DNA of 61,835 nt, filler included, from Stramenopiles sp. TOSAG23-3 (taxonomy: Eukaryota), in assembly GCA_900128585.1 (NCBI GenBank). It is 4 parts of 4 records of this genome, joined end to end, with 100 filler letters (N's around TTAATTAATTAA, not from the genome) between each part and the next. Parts side by side here need not be neighbours in the genome. Positions count along the whole stretch, not along the records: positions 1 to 28,693 come from LT642243.1; 3 more parts are not named here. The stretch is one strand, 5' to 3'. Positions 1 through 10,504 of the stretch are shown one piece after another. The position numbers and the translations under genes were made by a program. The notes below the pieces were generated by a model. The model saw nothing but the letters and a program-made list of their open reading frames with translations, was not told the origin of the DNA and did not search any database. The stretch's first letter is position 1. Every line of letters begins with the position of its first letter.

Positions 1-85
1 ATCCAAGTCTACTAAGAGTATCATGGATTTTCCACTTCAGGGCGTATTCGTATTCATCATTCAAACTATCATAAAATTGATATTT

Positions 86-180
86 AAAAAGCAAGAAAAT
101 TGGCTGTTATTTAAGTAATTAAATGTACCTGCGAACTGAACTCTAGATTTAGACATTCAAGGTTTACATTCCTTCATGCA
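86..180 (+). repeat. Family A dispersed repeat, long-type copy
   Basis: CAAGAAAATTGGCTGTTATTTAAGTAATT...GCGAACTGAA.TCTAGATTTAGACATTC..GGTTTACATTCCTTCATG. Confidence 0.95.
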
Positions 181-310
181 ACATATTTTAATATTAATTT
201 TTAAAATCTACTTTTAACTTAAAATAACCGCCAATGTTTTTGTTTTTTAACAACATTGACTTTAGGATAAATTAAAATATTCTTAGACGCTCGTGCGCAG
301 TCGGTAAATT

Positions 311-3300
311 TCATTTATGGGAATTGGTGTGCATGTCTTCGTCATCGTCAAAATCGCTTGAATAGCGATCCTCGTCTGATTCGTTCTCGTCCTCGGCTGC
401 ACCGGTTAAGCACCCAAACCTTGCCCATTTTCCGCAAAGGAACTGGTGCTCTCTTAACGTTCGTGCTGAGGGTCTCTTTTTGGGGTCGCGCTGGAAGCAT
501 TGGAAAATAAAATTCCTCAGGTCGGCATGCAGTTTGGAATCTGCAGGAAAATCTGGGCAGCCGCAATTGACCATTTTGAACATTGCCTGCACTGCGTTGC
601 ACTCCGAATAGGGGCACTTTCCCGTGGCTAACTGGTACATTGTGCAGCCGAGGCTCCATATGTCTGCGCTATACGAATACGGCTCAACCAGTATCACCTC
701 CGGCGCAGTGTACCATGGGGTCCCAACGCAGCTCCTCTGCTTTGTCTTTATGAGTCCGTGCACCTGAGTCGATATATCAAAATCGGCTATTTTGACAACA
801 CCCTTCTTGCTGAACAGAATATTTGCGGGTTTCAAATCTCGGTGGATCACTTTCTGCGCATGCAAGTACATGAGCCCATCGACTATCTGTGTTGCAATCC
901 GAACCAGCTCGTCGTGCGCAATACCGTTCGGGAATTTCTTAACAGCATCCGCCAAGGAACCTCCATCAACGTACTCCATGAGAATTTGGTACTCTTTTCT
1001 TCGTTTGCTGAAATGCATCCCACGGTAGGCCACAATATTTCGATGGTGCAAACGACGCAGCGTGTCGACTTCTAGTCTCAATACTCTTCCGATTTCATCG
1101 TTCTCGCTGTTCTTTTTGTTCAGGGTACGCAACTGTTTCACCGCCACAAGCTCCCCTTTGCTAGACGCTCCGGAAGTGCGATGGAGTCGGCCCAAATACA
1201 CTTTTGCCGATGCGCCACGCCCCAGCAATCGCACATACTCAAGTCTTCGGCCACCGTAGGCTTTTTTAGCGGTCAACGATTCCGACAGTTTGACGCTGCT
1301 GCTGGCGCGCACGGCCTGCTCTGCGGTGACTTCTACGGGATGTTTTTTCTTGTGCGGTGCAGTGTAAGGTCTTCGCTTGAATTCATTGCTCTTTCGGCTG
1401 ACCAGAAATGGTTTTGTGGCCCCGTGCCCATCCTTTGCATTTACCTCGAGGAAGGCCACTTTGCTTTGCTTTCTGAGGTGCGCTGTTTCCTCCTCACTTT
1501 TTGCAAAGCCAAACTTATGACCGTTCAACGGAACTTTTTGGTCTGATTGAATTGACGGTGAAACGCTCCCCAAAATGGCAGAAGGACTGGGCGCCATCGA
1601 CGACATGTCTCCATGCTTGGGAATGATCAAGCTCGCGACACCTTTCATTGCAGCTTTTCTCTCTTCTGTAGACTGTAGAAACTGTCGTCTCTCGTTTAAG
1701 GCGGAGAGCATCTGAATCATATGTTCACGGGAAGCCACTTCGCTGGAATTTTCTTCGTCCGCGTCTTGTGCTTTTTTGCCTTCGAGGCCGTGGCTTCCAT
1801 CGCCTACATCGTGCTTCCTTTCCGCCGCCTCAGCAGCAGCCTCGGCTGCTCGAACGATGCGTAGCTGGAATTCAGGGCTCCCGATGGCATTGGGTCGAAC
1901 GGCCCTGAAATTGTACGTTTTATCCAAATTTGGCGAATCCCGTTTTGGATTGACACGAACTCGTGGCATGGGAATTGCGCGCGGATGCTGCTCAATGGTA
2001 GAACCATTGCTCTGGGGTCCTTCCGCAATACTTGACTGCTTCTTGTTTGACATGGTGCTGAACCTCGGGAGCTTGGAATGTGACTTTTTCTCGACTGCGT
2101 TGTTCACAGTCATATGCAGAGATTCCTCTTTTTGGGACAGTCGGATATGCGGCGGTACGTGGTGTTTTCGGCGCGATTCGTCCCCTTCCGTAGGACGGCC
2201 AGTGCGATCCTGGTATTGCGGTAGCCGAGTGCTCCGGGGAGTGGTAAATGCTTCTAAATACTGGAGGTCTTGAGCACTTACATCCTCCACTAACACCTGC
2301 TCCGTGACGGGCAGTTTTGGTATAATTAATTTTTCCCTTAAAACGTTCTGTTGGCTTGCCGCCGTATTGCGCGATTCCTTTCGTGGGGGCGTTTTCCACG
2401 CCTTCATGCTGCTTCCCATTCCACAATACTCAGCCTCAATCTCCCCCTCTTCCGTGTCCTCAGTTTCTTCGCTTGACCCACTCGACGAAGAGTCAGAGCC
2501 GAGATGCTTGGATCTGCCTGGCTCACTTCCACCGTCCTCCTTGTCACTACTGCTGTCGTCGCGCTGCCCTTCATTGTCCTGGTCGCTGTCATCGTCGCTG
2601 CTTTCGTTCCCCTGGTCCGTGTTTGAGTACTGTTCACGATGCGTGAGAACTTGCTCGGTAAAGTCCCTTGTAATCGACAAGCCGAGTTTATTTATTATGA
2701 CTTCGCTGTCATCGCTACTGCTCCTACCGCTGGAGCTGTAACCATCCTCCTCCTCGTTGTACCCGCTAGCAAAGAATTTAAACTGTTGGTCCCCTGGTAT
2801 TCGCCTTACTACGCTTTGCGCGCGCCCCCCCGTGTCCTCCTCGCTGTCACTGCTACTGCCACCGCTACTATCACTGCTGTCACTGTTCAAACTGTCACTG
2901 TTTGAATTACTGCTATTGCTTCCAAGCGAATCACTTTCAAAACGTGTATGTGTTCCGTGTTTAATTGATTCATCGGACGAAGATTCACTATGACCAAGCT
3001 CCCCTTTCGAACGAGGCCGCTCGCTTCCATGGGAACTGTCACTACCGCTGCTTACGTCGTCAATATTTAACATTTCTTTGGCAGCTCTGTCGGTTTTTCT
3101 TGACAATATGCTAGTGCGGCGCTCCGCTTCCTTCGGTTTGACATCGTAGTTGAAGAAGTCCGTCAAAAATATGCTCGCTTCTGAGTTTCCTTTGCGGACG
3201 GACGCGTGCGAGGTATGCGGTCTGTGACGAGGTATGACAATTGGAGACGTTGTTGCAATCGATGACTTCAGGGCTACCTTTCTTTGCTCTCGAGACCCCG

Positions 3301-3424
3301 CTTGACCGGCTGTTCTAGGCCTTTGAATACTCAAAAAATGATCCCTCAAGGGCGGAAGCGGAGGCCTCGCCGTTGACTCCAAGAGCCCCGGTGACTTGCG
3401 TTCCTTGGAGTACTGCTTGTCCAT
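311..3424 (-). CDS. STE-group (MAPKKK/CDC15-like) Ser/Thr kinase with long low-complexity acidic/Ser-rich N-terminus
   Basis: C-terminal kinase motifs LGRGASAKVY, VAVK, HRDLKPANIL, ADFDIS, GTPWYTAPE, ADIWSLG. Start placed at ATG 3424 (MDKQYS), where GC-rich sequence begins; the ORF extends to 3631 in AT-rich DNA. Confidence 0.85.
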   Translation of the reverse strand: MDKQYSKERKSPGLLESTARPPLPPLRDHFLSIQRPRTAGQAGSREQRKVALKSSIATTSPIVIPRHRPHTSHASVRKGNSEASIFLTDFFNYDVKPKEAERRTSILSRKTDRAAKEMLNIDDVSSGSDSSHGSERPRSKGELGHSESSSDESIKHGTHTRFESDSLGSNSSNSNSDSLNSDSSDSSGGSSSDSEEDTGGRAQSVVRRIPGDQQFKFFASGYNEEEDGYSSSGRSSSDDSEVIINKLGLSITRDFTEQVLTHREQYSNTDQGNESSDDDSDQDNEGQRDDSSSDKEDGGSEPGRSKHLGSDSSSSGSSEETEDTEEGEIEAEYCGMGSSMKAWKTPPRKESRNTAASQQNVLREKLIIPKLPVTEQVLVEDVSAQDLQYLEAFTTPRSTRLPQYQDRTGRPTEGDESRRKHHVPPHIRLSQKEESLHMTVNNAVEKKSHSKLPRFSTMSNKKQSSIAEGPQSNGSTIEQHPRAIPMPRVRVNPKRDSPNLDKTYNFRAVRPNAIGSPEFQLRIVRAAEAAAEAAERKHDVGDGSHGLEGKKAQDADEENSSEVASREHMIQMLSALNERRQFLQSTEERKAAMKGVASLIIPKHGDMSSMAPSPSAILGSVSPSIQSDQKVPLNGHKFGFAKSEEETAHLRKQSKVAFLEVNAKDGHGATKPFLVSRKSNEFKRRPYTAPHKKKHPVEVTAEQAVRASSSVKLSESLTAKKAYGGRRLEYVRLLGRGASAKVYLGRLHRTSGASSKGELVAVKQLRTLNKKNSENDEIGRVLRLEVDTLRRLHHRNIVAYRGMHFSKRRKEYQILMEYVDGGSLADAVKKFPNGIAHDELVRIATQIVDGLMYLHAQKVIHRDLKPANILFSKKGVVKIADFDISTQVHGLIKTKQRSCVGTPWYTAPEVILVEPYSYSADIWSLGCTMYQLATGKCPYSECNAVQAMFKMVNCGCPDFPADSKLHADLRNFIFQCFQRDPKKRPSARTLREHQFLCGKWARFGCLTGAAEDENESDEDRYSSDFDDDEDMHTNSHK

Positions 3425-4054
3425 TTGAAAGCCAGGAACCAACCGCCAACAACCGTTTATTTTGCAGCAACGACAACGAGAAAAATATTTGGAAAACCCT
3501 GAATTGTTTGAACGATGGAATTCTAAATATATGGTTAAAACGCTTTCGTTCCTATTGGATTCATAAAAGGTAAAGAATAGTTTGTACTTATTTCTATTTT
3601 CGATTCTTCTAGACGAATAATATTCATTCATAACAAATTATTATAATATTTATTGCGAAAGAGATTGAAAGAACGAAAGAAGAAAAGAACGAAACAACAA
3701 CAACAACAAAAAAGAAGAAAGAGGAGATTAAGAATTCAAGAAGAAGAAAACGGGTACCGGTACCGGTATGTTATGACTGTAGAGTTCTTATTTTTGAAAA
3801 CTATTATTTATATTTTAATTCAATAATGTCCTCATTAATTAATAATAATCCAAAATTGTTGGGTATAATACGACGTAATGTAATAAAATAATAAAAAAAT
3901 AATAATATCAAACGACACACAGCAGTATTGAACGAAGAACGGTGTACGAGTAGTAAGAATACAAATTAGTATACTTAATTATGGTTCTATATTTTTTGGA
4001 GGATGAGGAAGAGAAAAAAAATGGGGACTAAATTCTTGCGTTTTGACAGATGGA

Positions 4055-4537
4055 TTAAAAGGCTTGACTCAAGATATATTTGAATTCACTGAAACTCAAT
4101 TCCCCATCCAAATCACGGTCAAACTCTTCAACCATCGCCTTCAACTCTTCTTCTTTTAAGTCTTCCCCCAGGTCCCGCGCGACCCCCTTCAAATTCTCGA
4201 CGCTTATTCTTCCTGATTTGTCAACGTCGAAAAGGTCAAAGGTCTTTAAAATTTCCCCGTGCGGGTCCCGGGTCGTGATTTTCTTCGTTGCTATTGCCAA
4301 AAATGTTGGATAATCTACCTTTCCCCTGCCACTGCGATCAAATTCTCGAATCGTCAAAATAACATCGTCCTTCTTCATGTCGAACCCCAATGCCCGCATA
4401 GCAATCTTGAATTCATGATAGTCAATGCTTCCAGAATGGTTGATATCGAACAAGTCAAAGCATTCCTGAATGTCGTTCAACTGGTCCTCGTCTAACACCT
4501 TCGACTTGGACGTCAGGGAAGAGCCCGAAGATATCAT
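4055..4537 (-). CDS. CETN3: Centrin (centrin-3/Cdc31 type), EF-hand protein
   Basis: FDLFDINHSGSIDYHEFKIAMRALGFD, FDVDKSGRIS and MVEEFDRDLDGEL EF-hands. IDYHE..AMRALGFD is typical of centrin-3. First ATG at 4537. Confidence 0.88.
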   Translation of the reverse strand: MISSGSSLTSKSKVLDEDQLNDIQECFDLFDINHSGSIDYHEFKIAMRALGFDMKKDDVILTIREFDRSGRGKVDYPTFLAIATKKITTRDPHGEILKTFDLFDVDKSGRISVENLKGVARDLGEDLKEEELKAMVEEFDRDLDGELSFSEFKYILSQAF

Positions 4538-5771
4538 AATACTAACAGTCCCTCTGTTCAAGGTTAAGCTAGAACAATCAAATCAACTGTTTATTTTATT
4601 CTCGTAATCCCCTTGTTAATGTTTAATTTTCTCAGAAGTAACTTTTGAAACATCTGTTTCCGAGTTTAATTACTGTTACGAAAAGAAAGAAGGAACTTTT
4701 TTGTTGACATACCAAGGTACCTGGTGGTAAAAAAAAAATATATTTGTTGACAGAAGACCGAACGACGACGACGATGAACAGATGATAAAAAAAAAATAAC
4801 GCTTTTTTTTAATCTGTTTTTCATAGGTATATCTAATGTTTTACTATATAAATAATTATACTTAATATGCCAACTTGTTTGCTTTTTTAAATCTCCAAAA
4901 GTGTATAGACTAATAATACTTAAATAGATGATATTTGCACTAATAATAAAGGAATCGTACAGTCTAAATTCTAAATTATATCTTCAAAAGAAAATTAACC
5001 ACAAAATTAAAATAAAAACAGCATTACACCAAAACCGCAGAGCAATCCCAACCACTACAATGAGGCAATTAATAAAGACGACTACCTCGTACGAGTATTA
5101 TTTATTTTTATTATCCCGCGCAAATAAAATAGACGACTAAATAATTCTCATTCGTTGGTTTTTTATTAAAATACTACATAAATTTTATTATATCAGGCGG
5201 CTGGGATCTCCTCTTCCTTCGTCCCCCCCCGTCCCTTCCCTTCCTTCTTCTTCTTTGCTTGGTGTTTTGATATATAATACTAATACTATGTATGTACAAA
5301 GCAACGAAGTCGTCTATATAGTAATACTACTAAATAAAGTAGATTTTTTGTTGTTTGTTGTTGTTGTGTGTGTTCTGTGTTCTGTTCTGTTGAAAGATGA
5401 TGATCTGATGATCTCCTCCGAGGAGAGAGAATATTATTTAATAATATCTAAATATAGAGGAGGAGTGTTATTATTATATTATTAGTATTATTATTATATT
5501 ATTATTTTTTTATTATTAAAAATAATAATAATAATAAAATAATAGTTGTGAAAGGTATCCTTTTTTGTTTGTGTATCTTTTATATAGTATTAAACTTTTA
5601 CATTGTCTTTTATATTGTATAAACGATTGAAACAGAAAAGAAAGAGGAAATAAACACTGACTCAATTAACTTCCGTGCTTTCTTTTCTTACGACAAACGA
5701 ATATAAATAAGCTTTTCAACAGTACACATCTATTATCTGAAATAGAAGCAAAACTACCGTCCAAGCCAACT

Positions 5772-7355
5772 ATGTCTTACAACCGCGCAATCGTTGGGTG
5801 CCCCAAACACCTCAATAGTTGGGCAAGTACCCCATACATGAAGAATGAGATGAAGGAGGTAAAAACAAAATACCAGCTCAACGTTTCCCTTTACGTTCCC
5901 CACGGTAGCAAAAAGAAAGACGCCGGCAATTTCGTCTTTGAAGGCCCATCGAGTGCCAAGGTACGGGCTGCAAAGAACATTATCGCAATGCACATGGAGC
6001 AACAGGACGAGGTCATGACGCGCGAAAGGCGCGTCGAGCGCGCGCAGGAGAGCCGCGATGCGGCGTTGAAAGAAATCGAGGACGGCCTTCGGGCCGAGTT
6101 TTACGTCCCAAATAACTTGATTGGTCTAGTCATTGGTAAAGGGGGCGCCCACGTGAACTCGGTGAAGGAAAACACCGGGGTGGAGCGTATTGTGGTGGAC
6201 CCGGAGGACGGCGCCGTGCGCATTGTGGGGCACGACAAGGCGGACGTTGCCCGGGCCCGGGAGATGCTCGAGTACTCGATGAAGACGATGGCCGTCTCTT
6301 CGGAAGACGTCGCCGTGCTCCTGGCCCCCGTTCGTGGTGGCCGAGGGGTCGAGCTGAACAAAATCCGCGACCACGCTGGCCTGGTCAAGGCCCAGCTGAA
6401 CGACGAACGAGACACGCTAGAGTTGATTGGAACGGTGGTCGCAGTGGAGAGTGCCCTCCACCTGGTGGAGACCCGATTGAATTATCGGAAAAAAATTAAT
6501 GAGCTGAAGAAGAAGGAAGACGCCCTGCACAGTGAGGTCAACAATATTGACTACTCTTACGGTTTCGAAAGTAGGCGAGGCGATTTTCCCGAGTTAGGTA
6601 ACAACAACGATCGCCGCAGACGAGGAAGAAATAACAATAGCAACGGAGGAGGACGCAACCCGCGCGCGCCCCAAGCCTCGAACAATTCCTCCTTTTTCAA
6701 CGGCCCTAAGCAAGGCAACAGGGGAAGAAACGGTCGGCAAGAGGGTAGAAGCGGGCGTGCACAGCCGGACAGGAACGGTGCGAGGGCTGCACCGAAGAAG
6801 AATGATGCCCCAAAGGTGAAAAAGAAGCCGTCCACTGTGTCAAAAGTTTCCGCCCGCGCCGACGCTCTGGCGAAGGCGGCGCCCGGCCACAAGAAAACAG
6901 TGCCACCTCAGAAAACTAAGGCCGAGAAAGGCGCCAAGGGAACACCGGTCAAAATTACTTTGAAGGAGCTGCGTGAGGAATTGCCGAGCAGTGGGAAAAA
7001 ACCCGGGAAGAAGAATGACAATAAGAAAAGTGGAAAGGCCAACGGCAGGAATCCGAAAGACGATAAATCTGATAAGCCCCAAGCGAAAAAGTCCAAGGAA
7101 AAGGCAACTCCCTCAAAGAAGTCCGAAAAGCCTGCAAAGAAGAAACCTGCCCCGGCAAAGAAACCTGCCCCAGCAAAGAAACCTGCCCCGGCAAAGAAAC
7201 CTGCCCCAGCAAAGAAACCTGCCCCAGCAAAGAAACCTGCCCCAGCAAAGAAATCTGCCCCGGCAAAAAAGCCTGCCGCGGCAAAAAAGCCTGCCCCGGC
7301 AAAGAAGCCTGCCCCGGCAAAGAAGCGTGCCCCTGCAAAGAAACCAACGAAATAG
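5772..7355 (+). CDS. FMRP/FXR-like KH-domain RNA-binding protein with RG-rich region and Lys/Pro/Ala repeat tail
   Basis: KH motif IGLVIGKGGAHV, a second degenerate KH, the post-KH helix LVETRLNYRKKINELK, an RG/RGG-rich stretch and KKPAPA repeats. Confidence 0.75.
   Translation: MSYNRAIVGCPKHLNSWASTPYMKNEMKEVKTKYQLNVSLYVPHGSKKKDAGNFVFEGPSSAKVRAAKNIIAMHMEQQDEVMTRERRVERAQESRDAALKEIEDGLRAEFYVPNNLIGLVIGKGGAHVNSVKENTGVERIVVDPEDGAVRIVGHDKADVARAREMLEYSMKTMAVSSEDVAVLLAPVRGGRGVELNKIRDHAGLVKAQLNDERDTLELIGTVVAVESALHLVETRLNYRKKINELKKKEDALHSEVNNIDYSYGFESRRGDFPELGNNNDRRRRGRNNNSNGGGRNPRAPQASNNSSFFNGPKQGNRGRNGRQEGRSGRAQPDRNGARAAPKKNDAPKVKKKPSTVSKVSARADALAKAAPGHKKTVPPQKTKAEKGAKGTPVKITLKELREELPSSGKKPGKKNDNKKSGKANGRNPKDDKSDKPQAKKSKEKATPSKKSEKPAKKKPAPAKKPAPAKKPAPAKKPAPAKKPAPAKKPAPAKKSAPAKKPAAAKKPAPAKKPAPAKKRAPAKKPTK
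7140..7345 (+). repeat. 18-bp coding minisatellite (AAGAAACCTGCCCCRGCA)n encoding about 11 KKPAPA units
   Basis: Directly visible tandem repeat. Confidence 0.95.
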
Positions 7356-7621
7356 GAAGTCCCTGCGGGAAAGAAGCCTGTCAAAAAGAAACCTGCAAAG
7401 AACGCAGAATCGAGCCCGAAAGAAAGTTGAGACCCAAAGCGTCGGGCTAAAGTGTTTTATGCAAGAGGTACAGTGACTTCGGGTTGTAAAAAAAATCTCA
7501 AAGAGAGCGCACATTATTCGAAAAAACAAAAATAAGAACTGAATTAATTTCTGCTTTTACTCTTATTAAATTCACAAAAACGACATTTTGGATTATGATA
7601 CGTGTTTGTTTAATAAAGTTT

Positions 7622-7800
7622 AAAAACAAGAAAATTGGCTGTTATTTAAGTACCTTCTATTTTCGGTATGATACACACACGAATTTTTTTTTTAAACATT
7701 AAAACAAGAAAATTGGCTGTTATTTTAAGTAATTAAAATTAATGTACTGCGAACTGAAATCTATCTTTGCTCTTTTGGTCTTACTAAATCGATATACCCT
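7622..7800 (+). repeat. Family A repeat, two copies (7622-7652 short; 7701-7800 long with internal deletion)
   Basis: Exact core twice. The second copy continues ...TATCTTTGCTCTTTTGGTCTTACTA, as in the 59863 copy. Confidence 0.95.
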
Positions 7801-8058
7801 TGTCACTTTAGTATTGACTATCATTCTCAGATGTACTCCATTTATGATCTGAATCGGTAGATTGATTAACATGGCTTCCACATGACCCATAATCAACTTC
7901 CTCATCCGGTGTTCCACTCGTAGATGGTTCATTCCTTGTGTGATCTTCAAAGTTGTCATTTGTGAGTTGGGGTGTCGGGGGAGGGTAATTTATTTAAAAT
8001 ACGAAATTATAAAAAAATTATTATTATCATAAACGAATTACTTTCTTTTTATTTTTCA

Positions 8059-9630
8059 TTACATCGGCGCGTCGATTTCGTTACCACTTGCGTTTCTCTT
8101 TCCTTGCAAAGAGTCTATGCTGGACTCCAAGCTTGCAATCATATCCTTTAGTTCTCGTATCCGATTGTACGGGTTCGAGCTCACCTGTTGGTTCCTGTCC
8201 TGCCCTTGGTTCATGGTGAACAAGCGCCTCCGCGGGTTGGTGGACAGATTGCTGCCCATAGTAGACCTAAACTCTGGTGTGTGCTGGTTGTTGCGGTAGT
8301 GAAAGTACTGTCCCCTGCGGTCGTAGGACGTCGTCTTTGCCCGCTCGCCCAAGTTCCACGATCGCGTCACCTTGAGGTTCCGTATGGGGCTACCATCGGC
8401 GTGAAATTGTTGTGGCCGATCCCGTCGCCGACCAGGCTCCGAAGCCGGTGGTTGTGGCACAAACACCCACATTCCTTGGGTTGTTGGCATCACCGCGGTC
8501 GTGACCGTTCCGGACCATGGGGTGGACATTTTCGCCACCTGGGGGACGGGTGAGCCCGATTGGCGGGACACTTGTTGTACAGGGGACTTCATGTGAGACC
8601 GTTCGGCCTGAATAGGCACCGTTGGGTCGGTAAATTTCAGAGTAAAGTGGTCGCTTAAAATGATGTCCTCATCCCCCGCCAAACTCCGATTCTTCAAACT
8701 ATTGTTTCTTTCGTCGTCGTCGCCGCCGCCCCCGTCTGGGCGTGTCTCTTCGCTATCCGGGCGGTAGCTGTTACCCATCCTCAACGCGTGGCCACCCCCG
8801 TCGGTGTCAAAAAATTTATCTATGTCGCTATCGTTGTCGTTCAGCAAATCGTCTGCTTCCTCTATATCTTCCCACCCTGGGGGTAGTTTTTCAACTTTCC
8901 TATTTATTAGCGGGATCGCTTCGTTAACGTCGTAAATGTCGTCGTCGTCGTCGTCCGCGTCAAACCATTGATACTCTTTGGACGACACCTCCTCGACCTG
9001 CGGCTTGGGGTCGATGTCGTTTATGGTGATGCCGTCGGGGTAGTCCCTGCTTAAGATTTCATCAAAACTCATGTCTAGAATCTCGTCCAACGCAGCGTCC
9101 CCTGACTTGCTCATGCGCTTCTTCCTCAGCTCTTCCGCCTCCTTGCCGTTGTACTTGAACTTTGGAGTTATCACACTCCCACCTTCGGCGTGCTCCACGT
9201 GGGTGGAGATGTGAATCTTGTGAACGTCGGCACCCCAGCTGCCCTCCCTTACCTGCCGCATGGAGTGGACTGGATCATGCAATTGGGGCGGTGATTTTTT
9301 TCGCTGAGTTGAACCGGAACTACTATAACTACTGTATGAGGACACGGACTCCGAGTCTGAAGCGGAATCAGCCAGGCCTCGTAAATCGTCGAAGAGGTTA
9401 AACTTCTCAGCGGTGCGTGCTAGTGAACACGGCAAAAATCTTCTCTTCAACGCCTTCCATTTTCTTCGCTTGGGCTGCTTGCGGTTCAATTCTTCTATTG
9501 AGTGACTGCACGGCAAATGCGTTGCTTTAAGGCGGGCGATGTAGTACTTTCTTGGGAAAGCACCCGGGTGGAGGAACGTGCTCCCCACAGGAAGCAACTT
9601 TGCCTTCAAGTCTATTAGTTTACTGCTCAT
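8059..9630 (-). CDS. Hypothetical, largely disordered protein (523 aa) with C-terminal coiled coil
   Basis: Long ATG-initiated ORF with GC-rich coding composition and AT-rich flanks. No recognised domain. Confidence 0.7.
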   Translation of the reverse strand: MSSKLIDLKAKLLPVGSTFLHPGAFPRKYYIARLKATHLPCSHSIEELNRKQPKRRKWKALKRRFLPCSLARTAEKFNLFDDLRGLADSASDSESVSSYSSYSSSGSTQRKKSPPQLHDPVHSMRQVREGSWGADVHKIHISTHVEHAEGGSVITPKFKYNGKEAEELRKKRMSKSGDAALDEILDMSFDEILSRDYPDGITINDIDPKPQVEEVSSKEYQWFDADDDDDDIYDVNEAIPLINRKVEKLPPGWEDIEEADDLLNDNDSDIDKFFDTDGGGHALRMGNSYRPDSEETRPDGGGGDDDERNNSLKNRSLAGDEDIILSDHFTLKFTDPTVPIQAERSHMKSPVQQVSRQSGSPVPQVAKMSTPWSGTVTTAVMPTTQGMWVFVPQPPASEPGRRRDRPQQFHADGSPIRNLKVTRSWNLGERAKTTSYDRRGQYFHYRNNQHTPEFRSTMGSNLSTNPRRRLFTMNQGQDRNQQVSSNPYNRIRELKDMIASLESSIDSLQGKRNASGNEIDAPM

Positions 9631-10504
9631 GGATGTACCGTTCGTTATATCATCTTCATGTGGTGACTGGGGAAAGAGGATCCGTAAATGTGGGCAATCT
9701 ACCTTGAAAATCTGAAAGGCAATTGCACATGCACAAAATTAAAATGGTAGCTGACTGATGTTTTCTCCTTTTATGTCATCCTTTTTTAAGAAGATAAGTC
9801 GCAAAGTGTGCTGGGGCAGGATTATTATTCTCGCGCACTCTTCTTTTATTATTATTACTTCTTCTTATTATTATTATTATTTATATGTTATTACCACTGT
9901 TTAGTACCGTACCGGTACCGGTATTATTTCATACTTGGTACGGTAGAGGAAATGATCTTGAAGAAAGAAGAGGGGAGCAGCAGCTTTGTTGAGGTTGCAT
10001 GCAGGCAGGCGCTTACGACAGCAGCAGTCGTGTTGTAGGACGTTCGTAGTCTACCGTGGCAAGCGAAAAAAAGGAGTTAAACTTCCACACTTCTTGTTAT
10101 ACTTTTATCTTAGCTAAAATGGCAGCTGAGCAAATTAATGATAGTCGATATAGTTGTGTTAGACTACCATATTAATACTTGTTAGTGGTCTATGAACCAA
10201 ACTAGAAAATTTGCTAAGAAAATAATTACGAAGACAAATTGTTGTGCTTTGATTCTTTCTCTGCTATGCTATGCTATGTCATTATTTGATCTTTGCCCTC
10301 GCTCGTATAACGAATAATAAATAAAATAAGTCAAAGCAGTTTGCGTTATTTAGGTATCGTATTCTTTGTAATTTTAAGTATATAATTACATAGACGATAT
10401 CGTACGACATAAAAGTTAGTCCTCTCCCTCGTTATCAATTAAAATAGGTAAATTAAATTAGTATAATATTACTTTATACAAGTATGATTTGGCCTTGGCC
10501 TGGT

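Noticed and set aside
7353-7355. Alternative genetic code (TAG reassigned)
   Set aside because: TAG terminates other genes at natural ends (both CTL fusions, sideroflexin, CDC7), and long ORFs contain no internal stops.
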